Shown: in pieces, positions 40,889-50,989 of the stretch
Layout of the letters: each line of letters starts with the position of its first letter
How positions within the stretch are numbered: the stretch's first letter is position 1
Assembly (NCBI GenBank): GCA_963793265.1
Contig: CAWBZI010000005.1
Location: 96,001 to 160,000 of the forward strand
DNA: 64,000 nt
Source: an uncultured cyanobacterium
GTDB lineage: Bacteria; Cyanobacteriota; Cyanobacteriia; Phormidesmidales; Phormidesmidaceae
Direction of reading: 5' to 3'
Translations under genes and position numbers: made by a program
The notes under the pieces: model-generated
What the model saw: only the letters and a program-made list of their open reading frames with translations
Databases searched by the model: none
What the model was told of the DNA's origin: nothing

Positions 40889-41131
40889 ATGCTTAAAAGC
40901 TATGAAGCAATCTATGAAAACGGTCAGGTAAAGTGGCTGGATGGTCAACCGCCCGTGAGTTCGGCGCGCATTATTGTAACGGTATTGGAAGAATCTGCCG
41001 GAAGTGATAGCGCGGTGGTTGAGAAGAATCAGCGACGTGTGCCGCCTGCCTCGATTGCAGGAAAGGGAAAAACGCTAGGTGATATTGTGAGCCCCATTGT
41101 TGCAGAAGACGACTGGGAGTGTCTGAAATAG
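40889..41131 (+). CDS. DUF104/AF2212-like antitoxin
   Basis: MLKSYEAIYENGQVKW, GDIVSPI..DW; overlaps the PIN toxin gene. Confidence 0.75.
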   Translation: MLKSYEAIYENGQVKWLDGQPPVSSARIIVTVLEESAGSDSAVVEKNQRRVPPASIAGKGKTLGDIVSPIVAEDDWECLK

Positions 41132-41520
41132 TAGTGCTGGATACGCATATTTGGTTTTGGATGATGACTCAGGAATTTGAGCGATTTCCTACTGACTGGC
41201 AAACGGAAATTAACATAGCCAAGCAAGTAGGCGTGTCGCCAGTATCTTGCTATGAGATTGCGTTGGCTAATAGCAAGGGCCGCTTAGAATTGCCTTGTGC
41301 TGCGGATGAGTGGTTTGAGGCTGCTTTAGAACCTACGGGTATAGATCTGTTGCCGTTGACGGCAGATATCTCCTTTAAAGCAGTAAATTTATCACCTATT
41401 CACAAAGATCCTTTTGACCGAATGATTATTGCAACAGCACTGAGCTACAAAGCTAGATTGGCCAGCGTAGACAGGCTATTCTCTCGATACGATGAGCTAA
41501 AGGACTGCTTAATGGTGTAG
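41119..41520 (+). CDS. vapC: VapC/PIN toxin
   Basis: VLDTHIWFW, S.YEI, HKDPFDRMIIATA, SVD. Confidence 0.9.
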   Translation: MSEIVVLDTHIWFWMMTQEFERFPTDWQTEINIAKQVGVSPVSCYEIALANSKGRLELPCAADEWFEAALEPTGIDLLPLTADISFKAVNLSPIHKDPFDRMIIATALSYKARLASVDRLFSRYDELKDCLMV

Positions 41521-41673
41521 TTTATCAATCGCGCTAAGCAAAATGAGGTAGCCGCAAAAATAGAGTTTCGCATTGGATGAAGCAGCTTCAATAGCGGCCT
41601 TAACCAAAGCGATCGCACTCAAGGCTTAAAATATGGCTTGACCAGAAAAAAGCAGCCATATCAGGAACATCTT

Positions 41674-42549
41674 ATGCCCGAAAATCCCACGCCTAAAGAG
41701 ATTTTGTCCGCACTGCTGCCTTTCTTGAAAACCGCAGGAGCCTACGCTGATCAAATCCAGCAGCGGATCGCATCTTTACCTGATAAGTACGATGGCGATC
41801 ATCTCTTTGCCAATGCCCTAACAGATGCAGACCTTTCGATTCAAACGTTTATAGAAGTCGTGCTGCTCGCAAAGTTTCCAAACGTGCGCTTTTACGGTGA
41901 GGAGTACGAAACGACTTACAACACCAAGTACTTTAGGGCGATTGATTTGGGGCCGCAGGGTGACTACCTGATCACGCTTGACCCGATTGACGGCACCCGC
42001 TATTACATGGACGGCCATCCTAACTATTTGGTGATTTTGACGATCGCGAATGCAGATAATTTTGAGGCAGCGATCGCACTTAGCCCAGCCAACAACCGCT
42101 ACTACTACACCCTTCGCAATCAGGGCACTTTTGTCGGCAGCATGAGCGACACGCTAGACGAATGCACACCGCTAAAAGTAGATAATCCTGGAGAGAAAGT
42201 GTTGTTGGGATGGGCGCTGAGTCCGATTGCCGATAAGGTGCGATCGCACTTCCCCATCATCGATCTCAAAAAAGACTATTCTTCCACCACACCCGTTCCA
42301 CCTATTAACGGACTGCTGACCGGAGAAATCGCAGGGGTTGTATTGGCCAGCGCTCAGTTTATTGATACGGCCGCCCTTGCCTGGATGGCGCAAGAAATGG
42401 GCTACTTACTTACAAAATTTGACGGTAGCGAGCTACCGCCCCTTTCAGCGTGTGCCAACTACCGTCAATCCGAAATCATTGTTTCTGCAACCGCAGAAAT
42501 GCAACAGCAGCTCATTGACATAATGAAATCTGTAGAGCTGCCGCTATAA
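41674..42549 (+). CDS. Inositol monophosphatase family protein
   Basis: TDADL, GEE, LDPIDGT, DTAA. Confidence 0.85.
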   Translation: MPENPTPKEILSALLPFLKTAGAYADQIQQRIASLPDKYDGDHLFANALTDADLSIQTFIEVVLLAKFPNVRFYGEEYETTYNTKYFRAIDLGPQGDYLITLDPIDGTRYYMDGHPNYLVILTIANADNFEAAIALSPANNRYYYTLRNQGTFVGSMSDTLDECTPLKVDNPGEKVLLGWALSPIADKVRSHFPIIDLKKDYSSTTPVPPINGLLTGEIAGVVLASAQFIDTAALAWMAQEMGYLLTKFDGSELPPLSACANYRQSEIIVSATAEMQQQLIDIMKSVELPL

Positions 42550-42565
42550 GCATTTAGCAGGCTGT

Positions 42566-42775
42566 TTACTCTTCGCCGCCTTCGCCACCTTCCTCCAAAG
42601 GCTCCTCTTCTAAAGGCTCTTCTTCTAAAGGCTCCTCTATCGGCTCACCCACATCGCCGTCAATTTCAGTGTCTTCTGTGGGGCCACCGCAAGCCGTTGC
42701 CAGCGTAGCAACCAAACCCAGTGAAAGGAACAGCGCCGTTGGTTTTAATCTTTTGTTCTTGCTTTTCTCAGTCAT
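42566..42775 (-). CDS. Small acidic lipoprotein
   Basis: Basic N-terminus, hydrophobic core, LATA-C lipobox, EEPLE repeats; ATG at 42775. Confidence 0.7.
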   Translation of the reverse strand: MTEKSKNKRLKPTALFLSLGLVATLATACGGPTEDTEIDGDVGEPIEEPLEEEPLEEEPLEEGGEGGEE

Positions 42776-42903
42776 ATTTAATGCAAAGTAAACAACATAA
42801 GCCAACGACCATCGTATAAATAACGACACTAAATTTCAATAGGCCGAAATGAATATGCGCTGTTCTGCCTTTGAGAGGTTGCGTTTTCAGCAAAAGCGTG
42901 GGC

Positions 42904-43959
42904 CTAAGGCATAGGCTCTACATCTGAGGTCTTTACCGTTCCTTTCATCGCATCAATCTCTAACAGGCTCACAATGGCACTCGCCGCGGGTATCGAAAGA
43001 AAAATGCCTAATACACCTGCAATCCGAGCACCTACAATCAGTGCAAAAAACATCACCACCGGATTGATGTTGAGCGAATCTTTCATAATTCGGGGCAGCA
43101 GCAGGTTTTCTTCTACTTGCTGAAGCACGACGCAGGTGACCGCCGACTGCAAGGCCAAAGCAATACTTTGAGAAAGTAGAAACAGCGAGATAAGTCCGAT
43201 GCCAATCGTCGCACCGATGCCTGGAATGAGATCAAACAAACCTGCAATCACAGCGAGCGTAAGGGCGTAAGGCACTTTGAGAATCAGAAACACGATAAAG
43301 GTAGAAACGCCGAAGAAGATAGAGAGCAGCAGCCGCCCCCAGAAAAAGCCTAGCAGACTTTTTTGGACTGTTGTTGCTACGCGATCGCGCTGAGCAGGTG
43401 GAAATCTGTTGATAATGAGATGCCATATGCGATCGCCATCCAACAGCATAAAAAAGGTTACCACCGCAATCAAAATAGCGTGCAAAAAGTTGCTTAACAG
43501 CGCCTGTAATAGCCCAATGCCCGCACCCAAAATACCAGCCGCCTGATCTCTAAGCTGCGCGCTTAAAGACTGCAAATCGACCGGCAAATTCCACCGTTCA
43601 AACGTACGCTCAATAGCTTCGAGCCGGGGCATTAAAGATGTAAGCAAGTCAGTAAGATTGTCGATTAGCGGCTGTCCCTGGGAGAGCACTGCCAAGCCAA
43701 TAGTGGCCACCATGCCGCCGATGAGAATAATAGCAACAATAAAGACCGTAAAAACGGCAATACTGTGAGGCAAAAACCGCTTGAGCCAGCGCACCGGATA
43801 GCTGAGCAGAAACGCCAGAATAGTCGCGGTAGCAAACACCACCACCACAATCTCAAAATATTCTAAAACCTCAATCGCCGCCCAGCCGCAGGCAAACAAC
43901 AACAGATACCTCACCAGCGAGGAGGTGCTGAAATAAGTCCAAAGCGGGTGGCCTTGCAT
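42904..43959 (-). CDS. AI-2E family transporter
   Basis: ILAFLLSYPV, FFMLLDG, LIPGIGA, QQVEEN..PRIM...NINP. Confidence 0.9.
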   Translation of the reverse strand: MQGHPLWTYFSTSSLVRYLLLFACGWAAIEVLEYFEIVVVVFATATILAFLLSYPVRWLKRFLPHSIAVFTVFIVAIILIGGMVATIGLAVLSQGQPLIDNLTDLLTSLMPRLEAIERTFERWNLPVDLQSLSAQLRDQAAGILGAGIGLLQALLSNFLHAILIAVVTFFMLLDGDRIWHLIINRFPPAQRDRVATTVQKSLLGFFWGRLLLSIFFGVSTFIVFLILKVPYALTLAVIAGLFDLIPGIGATIGIGLISLFLLSQSIALALQSAVTCVVLQQVEENLLLPRIMKDSLNINPVVMFFALIVGARIAGVLGIFLSIPAASAIVSLLEIDAMKGTVKTSDVEPMP

Positions 43960-43992
43960 AGTGGGGTGCCTGTTATGGATGAGTGCATGGGC

Positions 43993-44319
43993 CTAGTCGG
44001 AAGCCTCAGCCGCTTTGACTAAAACGTAGGGCTGCACAATAAGCGACGTAAAGTGCCAGTGGCTTGCAGATCCTTCGTTCCACTGTGAAAGCTGTTTAGC
44101 CGTTGGCTTACCGATGAGCTGTTCGTTAATCCAGCGCGCTACGGCCTGGGTATTGTCTGTTGCGATCGCAACGCCCACATCCACCAAATCCAAATCAGGA
44201 TTCACCACCACCACCGCATCTCTTTTCACATGGGGTTCAAGCACAGCCCACGGCACCGGCCCCATCATCTTCGTTAGCTCCTGACGCAAATCCTGCGCCT
44301 GCAAATCCTCAGCCATCAA
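43993..44319 (-). CDS. DUF2288 family protein
   Basis: W..L.PH..RDAV..V...LDL..VG.AIA.D....V..W, IVQPYVLV. Confidence 0.85.
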   Translation of the reverse strand: MMAEDLQAQDLRQELTKMMGPVPWAVLEPHVKRDAVVVVNPDLDLVDVGVAIATDNTQAVARWINEQLIGKPTAKQLSQWNEGSASHWHFTSLIVQPYVLVKAAEASD

Positions 44320-44365
44320 TACTCTTAGCTACCGTACAAAAAGCATTTTACCGCCTTTGCCGCCG

Positions 44366-45019
44366 CTATCGCCCCAGCGCATGCAGCGCATGAATCTCAT
44401 CTACGCATTTTTGAGTAATCTCCTTCAGCGCGCCCTTATCTTTAGCAGAATCCGGTGGTGCAATCGGCTCCCCAATCCGTACCGTGACTGGGCTTGGTCT
44501 TGGCAACGCCGACCCCTTAGTCAAAATCTTCTCAGTGCCCCACAGGCTCACGGGCAGCAAAGGCACCTGAGCTTTCGCTGCAATCATCGCCGCCCCCAGC
44601 TTAGGCGATGAGATCCTACCATCCGGCGTCCGCACGCCCTGCAAAAAAATCCCCACCGCCCAGCCGTGTTCTAACTGCTTTAGCGCCTCTCTAATCGCAC
44701 TGCGATCTGCCGACCCACGCTTCACCGGATACGCCCCATACGCCCGAATAGCAGGCGCTAGCACCGGCACTTCAAACAGCGACTCCTTGGCCATAAACGA
44801 CACGGGCCTGCGGATACAGTTCGCCAGCAGCACCGGATCGACATTGCTAGCATGATTAGCCACTACAATAAGCGGCCCGGTCATCGGCACCTTTTTTGCG
44901 CCATAGATGCGCCCGCGCCAGTAGCTATGCAGCACCGGACTCACCACCGACCACTTAAATAGGTGATAGAGCGCCAGGCTAATAAACGGTTCACGGGGTT
45001 GGGCCATCTCTTCTGCCAT
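44366..45019 (-). CDS. plsC: 1-acyl-sn-glycerol-3-phosphate acyltransferase
   Basis: NHASNVD, FMAKESLF, FLQGVRT; lies in the fab cluster. Confidence 0.92.
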   Translation of the reverse strand: MAEEMAQPREPFISLALYHLFKWSVVSPVLHSYWRGRIYGAKKVPMTGPLIVVANHASNVDPVLLANCIRRPVSFMAKESLFEVPVLAPAIRAYGAYPVKRGSADRSAIREALKQLEHGWAVGIFLQGVRTPDGRISSPKLGAAMIAAKAQVPLLPVSLWGTEKILTKGSALPRPSPVTVRIGEPIAPPDSAKDKGALKEITQKCVDEIHALHALGR

Positions 45020-45053
45020 CAGCTCATACGACGAATTGTTAAAAGGTTAGCAG

Positions 45054-45935
45054 CTAAGCATTTTCTGTCTTAACTGATTCAACAGTACTCACATTCCTGA
45101 GTGCTAGACCTTTACAGGTGCGCTTGATCAAACCTGTTAATACTTTTCCTGGGCCAACTTCAACCACCAAGTCTACGTTTTGTTCTGGCAGGTTAAGAGA
45201 GATTTCGCGCCAGCGGACAGCGCCTGTCATTTGGCCTCTGAGCCGCGCTTTTAGCTCGGCTGCACCCGTCTGTGGGCTCGGGTCTACGTTAGACATTACT
45301 GCAACTTTGGCGTCTTGAAAGGCCACCTCAGTGAGTACATCTTCAAAGGATTGGGCCGCATCAGCCATTAAAGGAGAGTGAAAGGCACCGCCTACGTTTA
45401 GCTTGACGGCGCGCTTAGCTTTTACACCATTCATCACAGCTTCTACAGCTTCAGGCGTGCCCGAAATAACAACCTGACCAGGACTGTTGTCGTTAGCGAG
45501 AACAACCCCTTCGGTTTCAGCGATTTTGGCGTCTAGCTCGTCGCGCTTAAATCCCATAAATGCGGCCATCGCGCCTGACGAGGCTTGAGACATTAGCTCG
45601 GAGCGCTTTTTGACCAGGTGAAGGCCCGAGGCAAAGTCATAGACGCCTGCGGCATAGAGGGCGGAATATTCTCCTAAGCTGTGGCCTGCTACAACATCGG
45701 GCTGTTGCCCAGCGGCGCTAAGCAAATCGGCTAGGGCGCATTCAATTACGTAGAGGCTAGGCTGGGTGTAAAGGGTGCTGGTGAGCTTGTCTTCTTTTTG
45801 ACAAACGTCTAAGACAGACCAACCTAAAATTTCTTGGGCTTCAGCGAGGTGATCGCGACAAACTTCAGCTAAATCGGCCCCCATCCCAACAGCCTGTGAT
45901 CCTTGCCCCGGAAACACCCACGCAGTTTTTGACAT
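45054..45935 (-). CDS. fabD: Malonyl-CoA:ACP transacylase
   Basis: VFPGQGSQ, GHSLGEY, GAFHS, GPGKVL. Confidence 0.97.
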   Translation of the reverse strand: MSKTAWVFPGQGSQAVGMGADLAEVCRDHLAEAQEILGWSVLDVCQKEDKLTSTLYTQPSLYVIECALADLLSAAGQQPDVVAGHSLGEYSALYAAGVYDFASGLHLVKKRSELMSQASSGAMAAFMGFKRDELDAKIAETEGVVLANDNSPGQVVISGTPEAVEAVMNGVKAKRAVKLNVGGAFHSPLMADAAQSFEDVLTEVAFQDAKVAVMSNVDPSPQTGAAELKARLRGQMTGAVRWREISLNLPEQNVDLVVEVGPGKVLTGLIKRTCKGLALRNVSTVESVKTENA

Positions 45936-46008
45936 AATCTACAACAGTTTTATAAGGTTTGAGCTTAAAGAGTGACAGCAGGAAAATAGGAGACTTTTTA
46001 AAGGACTG

Positions 46009-47088
46009 CTACTGACCCCATTTAAGAATGGCAGCGCCCCACGAAAGCCCTGCGCCAAAGCCAGAGAGAGCCAGCGTGTCGCCAGGTTTTATTTTGCCAG
46101 CGCGCACCCATTCGTCTAGGGCAATGGGGATAGAAGCAGCATCGGTGTTGCCGTGTTTGGCCATGTTGCTCACCACGCGATCGCTCGGCACGCCCAGCCT
46201 TTTCGCCGCGGCATCTAATATTCGCTGGTTCGCCTGATGCAGTATCAGCCAGTCAATATCTGCTGTTTTTAGGCCCGCATGAAAAATAGACTTTTCGAGA
46301 GTTTCAGGAACGCGGTTGACGGCAAAGCGGTAAACTTCACGGCCATTCATAGTCACAGTATTGAACTGGCCTTTTTGCACCGTGATATCGTCTACTAGCG
46401 TCTCGGACTCATGCGCGTAGGCCACGTTTAGGCAGTCATTTAGGGTGCCGTCGCTGTGCATCTCAAAGCTGAGGAGGCGATCGCACCCTTCACTTCTTTG
46501 CATCACAATGGCCCCGGCCCCGTCGCCAAATAATACGCAGGTGCGGCGATCGCTCCAGTCCGTCAGTCGCGATAGAATATCGGCCCCAATCACCACCACA
46601 TTCTTATAAGCGCCCGTGCGAATGAACTGCGCTGCCGTAACCAGCGCAAACACAAAGCCAGAACAGGCCGCTGTAATATCAAAAGCAACTGCTCTGGTCG
46701 CACCAATTTCGGCTTGAATTTGGCAGGCAGAGCCGAATAAATCGTCTGGGGTAGAGGTCGCCAAGATGATGAGATCAATCTCTGTAGGGGTGAGGTTGGC
46801 CTGGGCGATCGCCGCTCTCGCCGCCTGACCGCCAATAGAGCGAATCGAATCACCCACAGCAGCAATATGCCGCGAGCGAATCCCTGTGCGCGAGGCAATC
46901 CACTCGTCTGAGGTATCGACCACCGTCGCTAGCCGCTCATTGCTCAGCACCGTCTCCAAACGGGCCGAACCGCTACCGATAAAAGCCACGCCAAACGAGC
47001 TACCCAAAGCCTCTTCAACAGACTGGCTCGGTGATTGGCTCGGTGATTGGCCCGACGGTCGGCTAGACGAAACGGATTGCTGAGTCAT
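46009..47088 (-). CDS. fabH: Beta-ketoacyl-ACP synthase III
   Basis: AACSGF, LFGDGAGA, HQANQRI, GNTDAASIP, GFGAGL. Confidence 0.95.
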   Translation of the reverse strand: MTQQSVSSSRPSGQSPSQSPSQSVEEALGSSFGVAFIGSGSARLETVLSNERLATVVDTSDEWIASRTGIRSRHIAAVGDSIRSIGGQAARAAIAQANLTPTEIDLIILATSTPDDLFGSACQIQAEIGATRAVAFDITAACSGFVFALVTAAQFIRTGAYKNVVVIGADILSRLTDWSDRRTCVLFGDGAGAIVMQRSEGCDRLLSFEMHSDGTLNDCLNVAYAHESETLVDDITVQKGQFNTVTMNGREVYRFAVNRVPETLEKSIFHAGLKTADIDWLILHQANQRILDAAAKRLGVPSDRVVSNMAKHGNTDAASIPIALDEWVRAGKIKPGDTLALSGFGAGLSWGAAILKWGQ

Positions 47089-47092
47089 CTAT

Positions 47093-48142
47093 CTATTCAC
47101 CGGTAGCTTTAGCAGTTGCCTTGGCCGTATCTGCAACCTTTGTGTACTGACTTTGAATGCGATCTAATACCTGATTATCCACCGCGTCTTTGGCTAAGCG
47201 AATCGCATTAAAGATAGAAGGTGCTTTGGAGCTGCCATGACTAATCACCGCAATTCCAGCGACGCCAAGCAGCAGCCCACCACCATGCTCAGCATGATCC
47301 ACACGCTGCTTAATCCGCTTTAAATTGCCTTTGAGTAACGTGCAGCCGACCTTACCAGCAACGCCCTGAGGCAGCTCCTCACGCAAGATTTGCAGCACCG
47401 ATTCGCCTACGGCCTCAGCAAACTTTAGCAGCACATTGCCCGTAAACCCATCGCACACAATCACATCAAAATCGCCAGATAGCACGTCGCGGCCCTCGGC
47501 ATTGCCGACAAAGTTGATTGCAGACTGCTCAGTCAGCGCGTTATGCACCTGCACAACGACTTCATTACCCTTACTCTTCTCTTCACCAATATTCAGCAGG
47601 CCGACCTTCGGTGACTCGTTCCCGATCACGTACTGAGAATAAAGGCTGCCCATCACCGCGAACTGCTCCAGGTATTTAGGCCGACAGTCTACGTTTGCGC
47701 CCACATCTAATATCAGCACAGGTTTACCCGCGATCACTGTCGGAAACACAGCTCCAATCGCAGGTCGAACAATGCCTTTTATTCGACCTAACCGCAGCAG
47801 CGCCGCCGCCATCGCCGCACCAGAGTGGCCCGCCGACACCACGCCATCAGCCCGGCCCTGCTTCACCAAATCCATCGACACATTAATAGAGGCTTTGGGC
47901 TTACGGCGCAGTGCGCTCAAAGGCTCCTCGTGCATCTCGATGGTGCCTTCAGCAGGCACTATTTCAATGTCATTCAGCAGATCAAGCTGAGATACCGAAG
48001 CTTTGATCTGGTCGGCATCGCCTACCAAAATCACTTCAATACCCAGCTCTTCCTTGGCTCTGATAGCGCCCGCGACAACCTCAGCAGGCGCATAATCGCC
48101 ACCCGTTGCGTCTACTGCAATGCGTACCTGCTTTGAATCCAT
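47093..48142 (-). CDS. plsX: Phosphate acyltransferase PlsX
   Basis: IAVDATGGD, SAGHSGA, LDVGANVD, LLNIGEE..KG, CDGFTGN. Confidence 0.96.
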   Translation of the reverse strand: MDSKQVRIAVDATGGDYAPAEVVAGAIRAKEELGIEVILVGDADQIKASVSQLDLLNDIEIVPAEGTIEMHEEPLSALRRKPKASINVSMDLVKQGRADGVVSAGHSGAAMAAALLRLGRIKGIVRPAIGAVFPTVIAGKPVLILDVGANVDCRPKYLEQFAVMGSLYSQYVIGNESPKVGLLNIGEEKSKGNEVVVQVHNALTEQSAINFVGNAEGRDVLSGDFDVIVCDGFTGNVLLKFAEAVGESVLQILREELPQGVAGKVGCTLLKGNLKRIKQRVDHAEHGGGLLLGVAGIAVISHGSSKAPSIFNAIRLAKDAVDNQVLDRIQSQYTKVADTAKATAKATGE

Positions 48143-48261
48143 GAAAGCTATATCCCAACAAGTTAGTCTTATAGAAACTTTATGAATTCTATCAGACTAC
48201 CTATGGACTAATCCATTGGGAATAGGTAAATTGCGCTCTTAAATATCTAACAAAAGAGGCG

Positions 48262-48990
48262 TTATTCTTCGCCAGGCTCAACAATTCGCTGGAATAGATA
48301 GCCCGTACCGCGCGCCGTCAAAATCAGCTCAGGGTTACTAGGATCGTCTTCTAGCTTGGCACGCAGGCGAGAGATATGAACGTCTACCACGCGGGTGTCC
48401 ACGTGGCGTTCAGGCGTGTAGCCCCACACTTCTTGCAAAATCTCAGAGCGCGAGAACGGCTCGCCTGAGCGGCTGACCAGTAGCTCTAGCAGGCTAAACT
48501 CCATGCCAGTGAGGCGGATGCGCTCGTCGCCTTTGTACACCTGACGCTTGTTGGTGTCGATGCGGATATTGTTAATGGTGATCACGCCCGAGCTAGGAAT
48601 GCCCGACGCGCCCGTTTTCTCAACCCGGCGCAGCACGGAGCGAATGCGAGCCTCTAGCTCTTTGGGGGAAAATGGCTTGACAACGTAGTCGTCTGCGCCT
48701 AGCTCTAGGCCAGTGATGCGGTCGGCAACGTCGCCCAAGGCAGTAAGCATAATGATGGGAATATCTGACTCTTTGCGCAACTCCTGACACACGCCGTAGC
48801 CGTCTAGCTTGGGCATCATCACGTCTAGCACTACCAAATCAGGAATAGTGTTACGAAAGGTTTCTAGGGCTTCTTCACCGTCAGCGGCAGTCACGACATC
48901 ATAGCCAATCATAGAGAGGCGAGTTTCGAGGATTCGACGGATGCTGGCTTCGTCATCAACCACCAGGATTTTTTCTTTAACGCTTTCCAA
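48262..48990 (-). CDS. rpaB: OmpR-family response regulator RpaB (Ycf27)
   Basis: KILVVDDEASIRRILETRLSMIGY..TPERHVDTRVVDVHISRLR..ILTARGTGYLF; TTG start. Confidence 0.95.
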   Translation of the reverse strand: MESVKEKILVVDDEASIRRILETRLSMIGYDVVTAADGEEALETFRNTIPDLVVLDVMMPKLDGYGVCQELRKESDIPIIMLTALGDVADRITGLELGADDYVVKPFSPKELEARIRSVLRRVEKTGASGIPSSGVITINNIRIDTNKRQVYKGDERIRLTGMEFSLLELLVSRSGEPFSRSEILQEVWGYTPERHVDTRVVDVHISRLRAKLEDDPSNPELILTARGTGYLFQRIVEPGEE

Positions 48991-49433
48991 AGCTCTCTAA
49001 ACTCCTATTAAGGTCGCGGCTGATTGCGAAGCAGTCGTTACAAAGGGGTAATTAACGTTTGCAATCAACGGTTTGTGCAGGATTATCATTCTACAGACTA
49101 ATTGTATGTCTTTGAATGCTCTTGAACCGCTTACCTATTTGGGTTTCACGGTTTCTTAAGGTTTGTGCCACTTGTCAAAGAACTGTCACGAATCGCTATA
49201 TCACTGGTGGGATATAGGGTTTAGATCTATGAAAGTTAGCATTTGAGGACAATTGTTCTGATTTCTTCTTAATTTATGGAGTCTGCGATTCTTTTCTTAT
49301 TTGCAAAGAAATGTGTCGAATTCAGTCCGCTTGCTCGCCCCATCGCTGCCGTGCCAATTTTCTCAACAACACAACCTCCACTAGGTACGTTTATACTAGG
49401 TAAGGTCTATCCCTTCTACCTCAAGCCCTGATC

Positions 49434-50909
49434 GTGCCTAAAACTCGCTCAATATATGTGTGTAATGCCTGTGGCGCGGAGTCTCGCCAGTACTTCGGCA
49501 AATGCCCTACCTGTAATAGCTGGAACTGCCTGGTAGAGCAAAAGGTGGAGGCGAAAGAAGATACGACGACGCGGCCTAGCATGAAGTCACGCACGAGCAA
49601 GCGCCGTAAAAGTCAGCCGCCTGCGCAGCCGCGATTATCACTTACGTTTAATCAAATTCAGGATCATCCTCAGGCCCGGATTCCTTCGGGTTATTTTGAG
49701 CTAGATAGAGTGCTAGGCGGTGGCATTGTGCCGGGTTCGCTGGTGCTGCTCGGGGGCGATCCGGGGATTGGAAAATCGACGCTGCTTTTGCAAACGGCCA
49801 ATCAGCTTGCAAAAGAGACGCCGATTTTGTATGTGTGCGCAGAAGAGTCAGGGCAGCAGGTGAAGCTCAGGTCGCTTCGCTTAGGCATTAACGACAGTAC
49901 AGACAGCTCAAAAGAACCTACCAAAGGCAACATTCACGAAAATCTCTATCTGTTACCTGAGACGAACCTGGAAACCATTCTCGAAGAGTTGGAGTCGCTG
50001 CGCCCACAGGTGGCAGTCATCGATAGTATTCAAGCATTGTTCTATTCGGCATTGACTTCGGCACCCGGATCGGTGGCGCAGGTAAGAGAGTGTACGTCGG
50101 CGCTAATGCAGCTTGCGAAAAAAGAGAATATTTCGCTGTTCATTGTGGGTCATGTGACTAAAGAAGGGGCGATCGCAGGCCCGAAAGTATTGGAGCACTT
50201 GGTTGATACGGTGCTGTATTTTGAGGGCGATCGCTTTGCCAGTCACCGGCTGCTGCGCTCTGTGAAAAACCGCTTTGGGGCCACCCATGAGCTAGGCGTG
50301 TTTGAGATGGTGGATAAGGGCTTAGCAGAAGTGTTGAACCCTTCGGAGCTATTTATGAGCAGCCAGGAAGAGAATGTGCCAGGCGTTGCCACGATAGTAG
50401 CCTGTGAAGGAACGCGGCCTATTGTTGTAGAGTTACAGTCTTTGGTAAGCCCAACGAGCTACAGTTCTCCTCGCCGGTCTACAACAGGCATTGAATACAA
50501 CAGATTGTTGCAAATCTTGGCGGTACTAGAGAAAAGAGTAGGGATTCCGCTTTCTAAGCTGGATGCCTATGTGGCTTCTTCGGGCGGGTTAAATGTGGGG
50601 GAGCCTGCGGCAGATTTAGGGATTGCAGTGGCGGTGGCGGCAAGCTTTCGCGATCGCATTATTGACCCCGAACTTGTCCTAATTGGCGAAGTAGGCTTAG
50701 GCGGGCAGATTCGCCCGGTGTCGCAAATGGAGCTGCGGTTGAAAGAAGCGGCCAAGCTAGGGTTTAAGCGAGCGCTGGTGCCGAAGGGGCAAAAGCGCGA
50801 TGGGCTCGGGATGGAGGTGATTGAGGTAGGACGGGTTGTGGATGCGATCGCGACTGCTTTGGCTAACTCCACCCAACACGAACCTGAAGAATCCTCTGCA
50901 AAAGATTAA
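49434..50909 (+). CDS. radA: DNA repair protein RadA/Sms
   Basis: C4 zinc finger, GDPGIGKSTLL, KNRFG, Lon-like C-terminus. Confidence 0.97.
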   Translation: MPKTRSIYVCNACGAESRQYFGKCPTCNSWNCLVEQKVEAKEDTTTRPSMKSRTSKRRKSQPPAQPRLSLTFNQIQDHPQARIPSGYFELDRVLGGGIVPGSLVLLGGDPGIGKSTLLLQTANQLAKETPILYVCAEESGQQVKLRSLRLGINDSTDSSKEPTKGNIHENLYLLPETNLETILEELESLRPQVAVIDSIQALFYSALTSAPGSVAQVRECTSALMQLAKKENISLFIVGHVTKEGAIAGPKVLEHLVDTVLYFEGDRFASHRLLRSVKNRFGATHELGVFEMVDKGLAEVLNPSELFMSSQEENVPGVATIVACEGTRPIVVELQSLVSPTSYSSPRRSTTGIEYNRLLQILAVLEKRVGIPLSKLDAYVASSGGLNVGEPAADLGIAVAVAASFRDRIIDPELVLIGEVGLGGQIRPVSQMELRLKEAAKLGFKRALVPKGQKRDGLGMEVIEVGRVVDAIATALANSTQHEPEESSAKD

Positions 50910-50989
50910 GGAACTTGTCATAACGTGCTTGGTGAATAGTATATTGAATCTGTTTTTCTACAAGACTTAGTTCAAACGACCATTGCGAT

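Noticed and set aside
40677..40889. 70-aa minus-strand ORF, a ~50-codon + frame and a CTGCCGTC/GACGGCAG inverted repeat (40705-40751)
   Set aside because: No recognisable domain or clear start; may be a gene relic but I cannot support it
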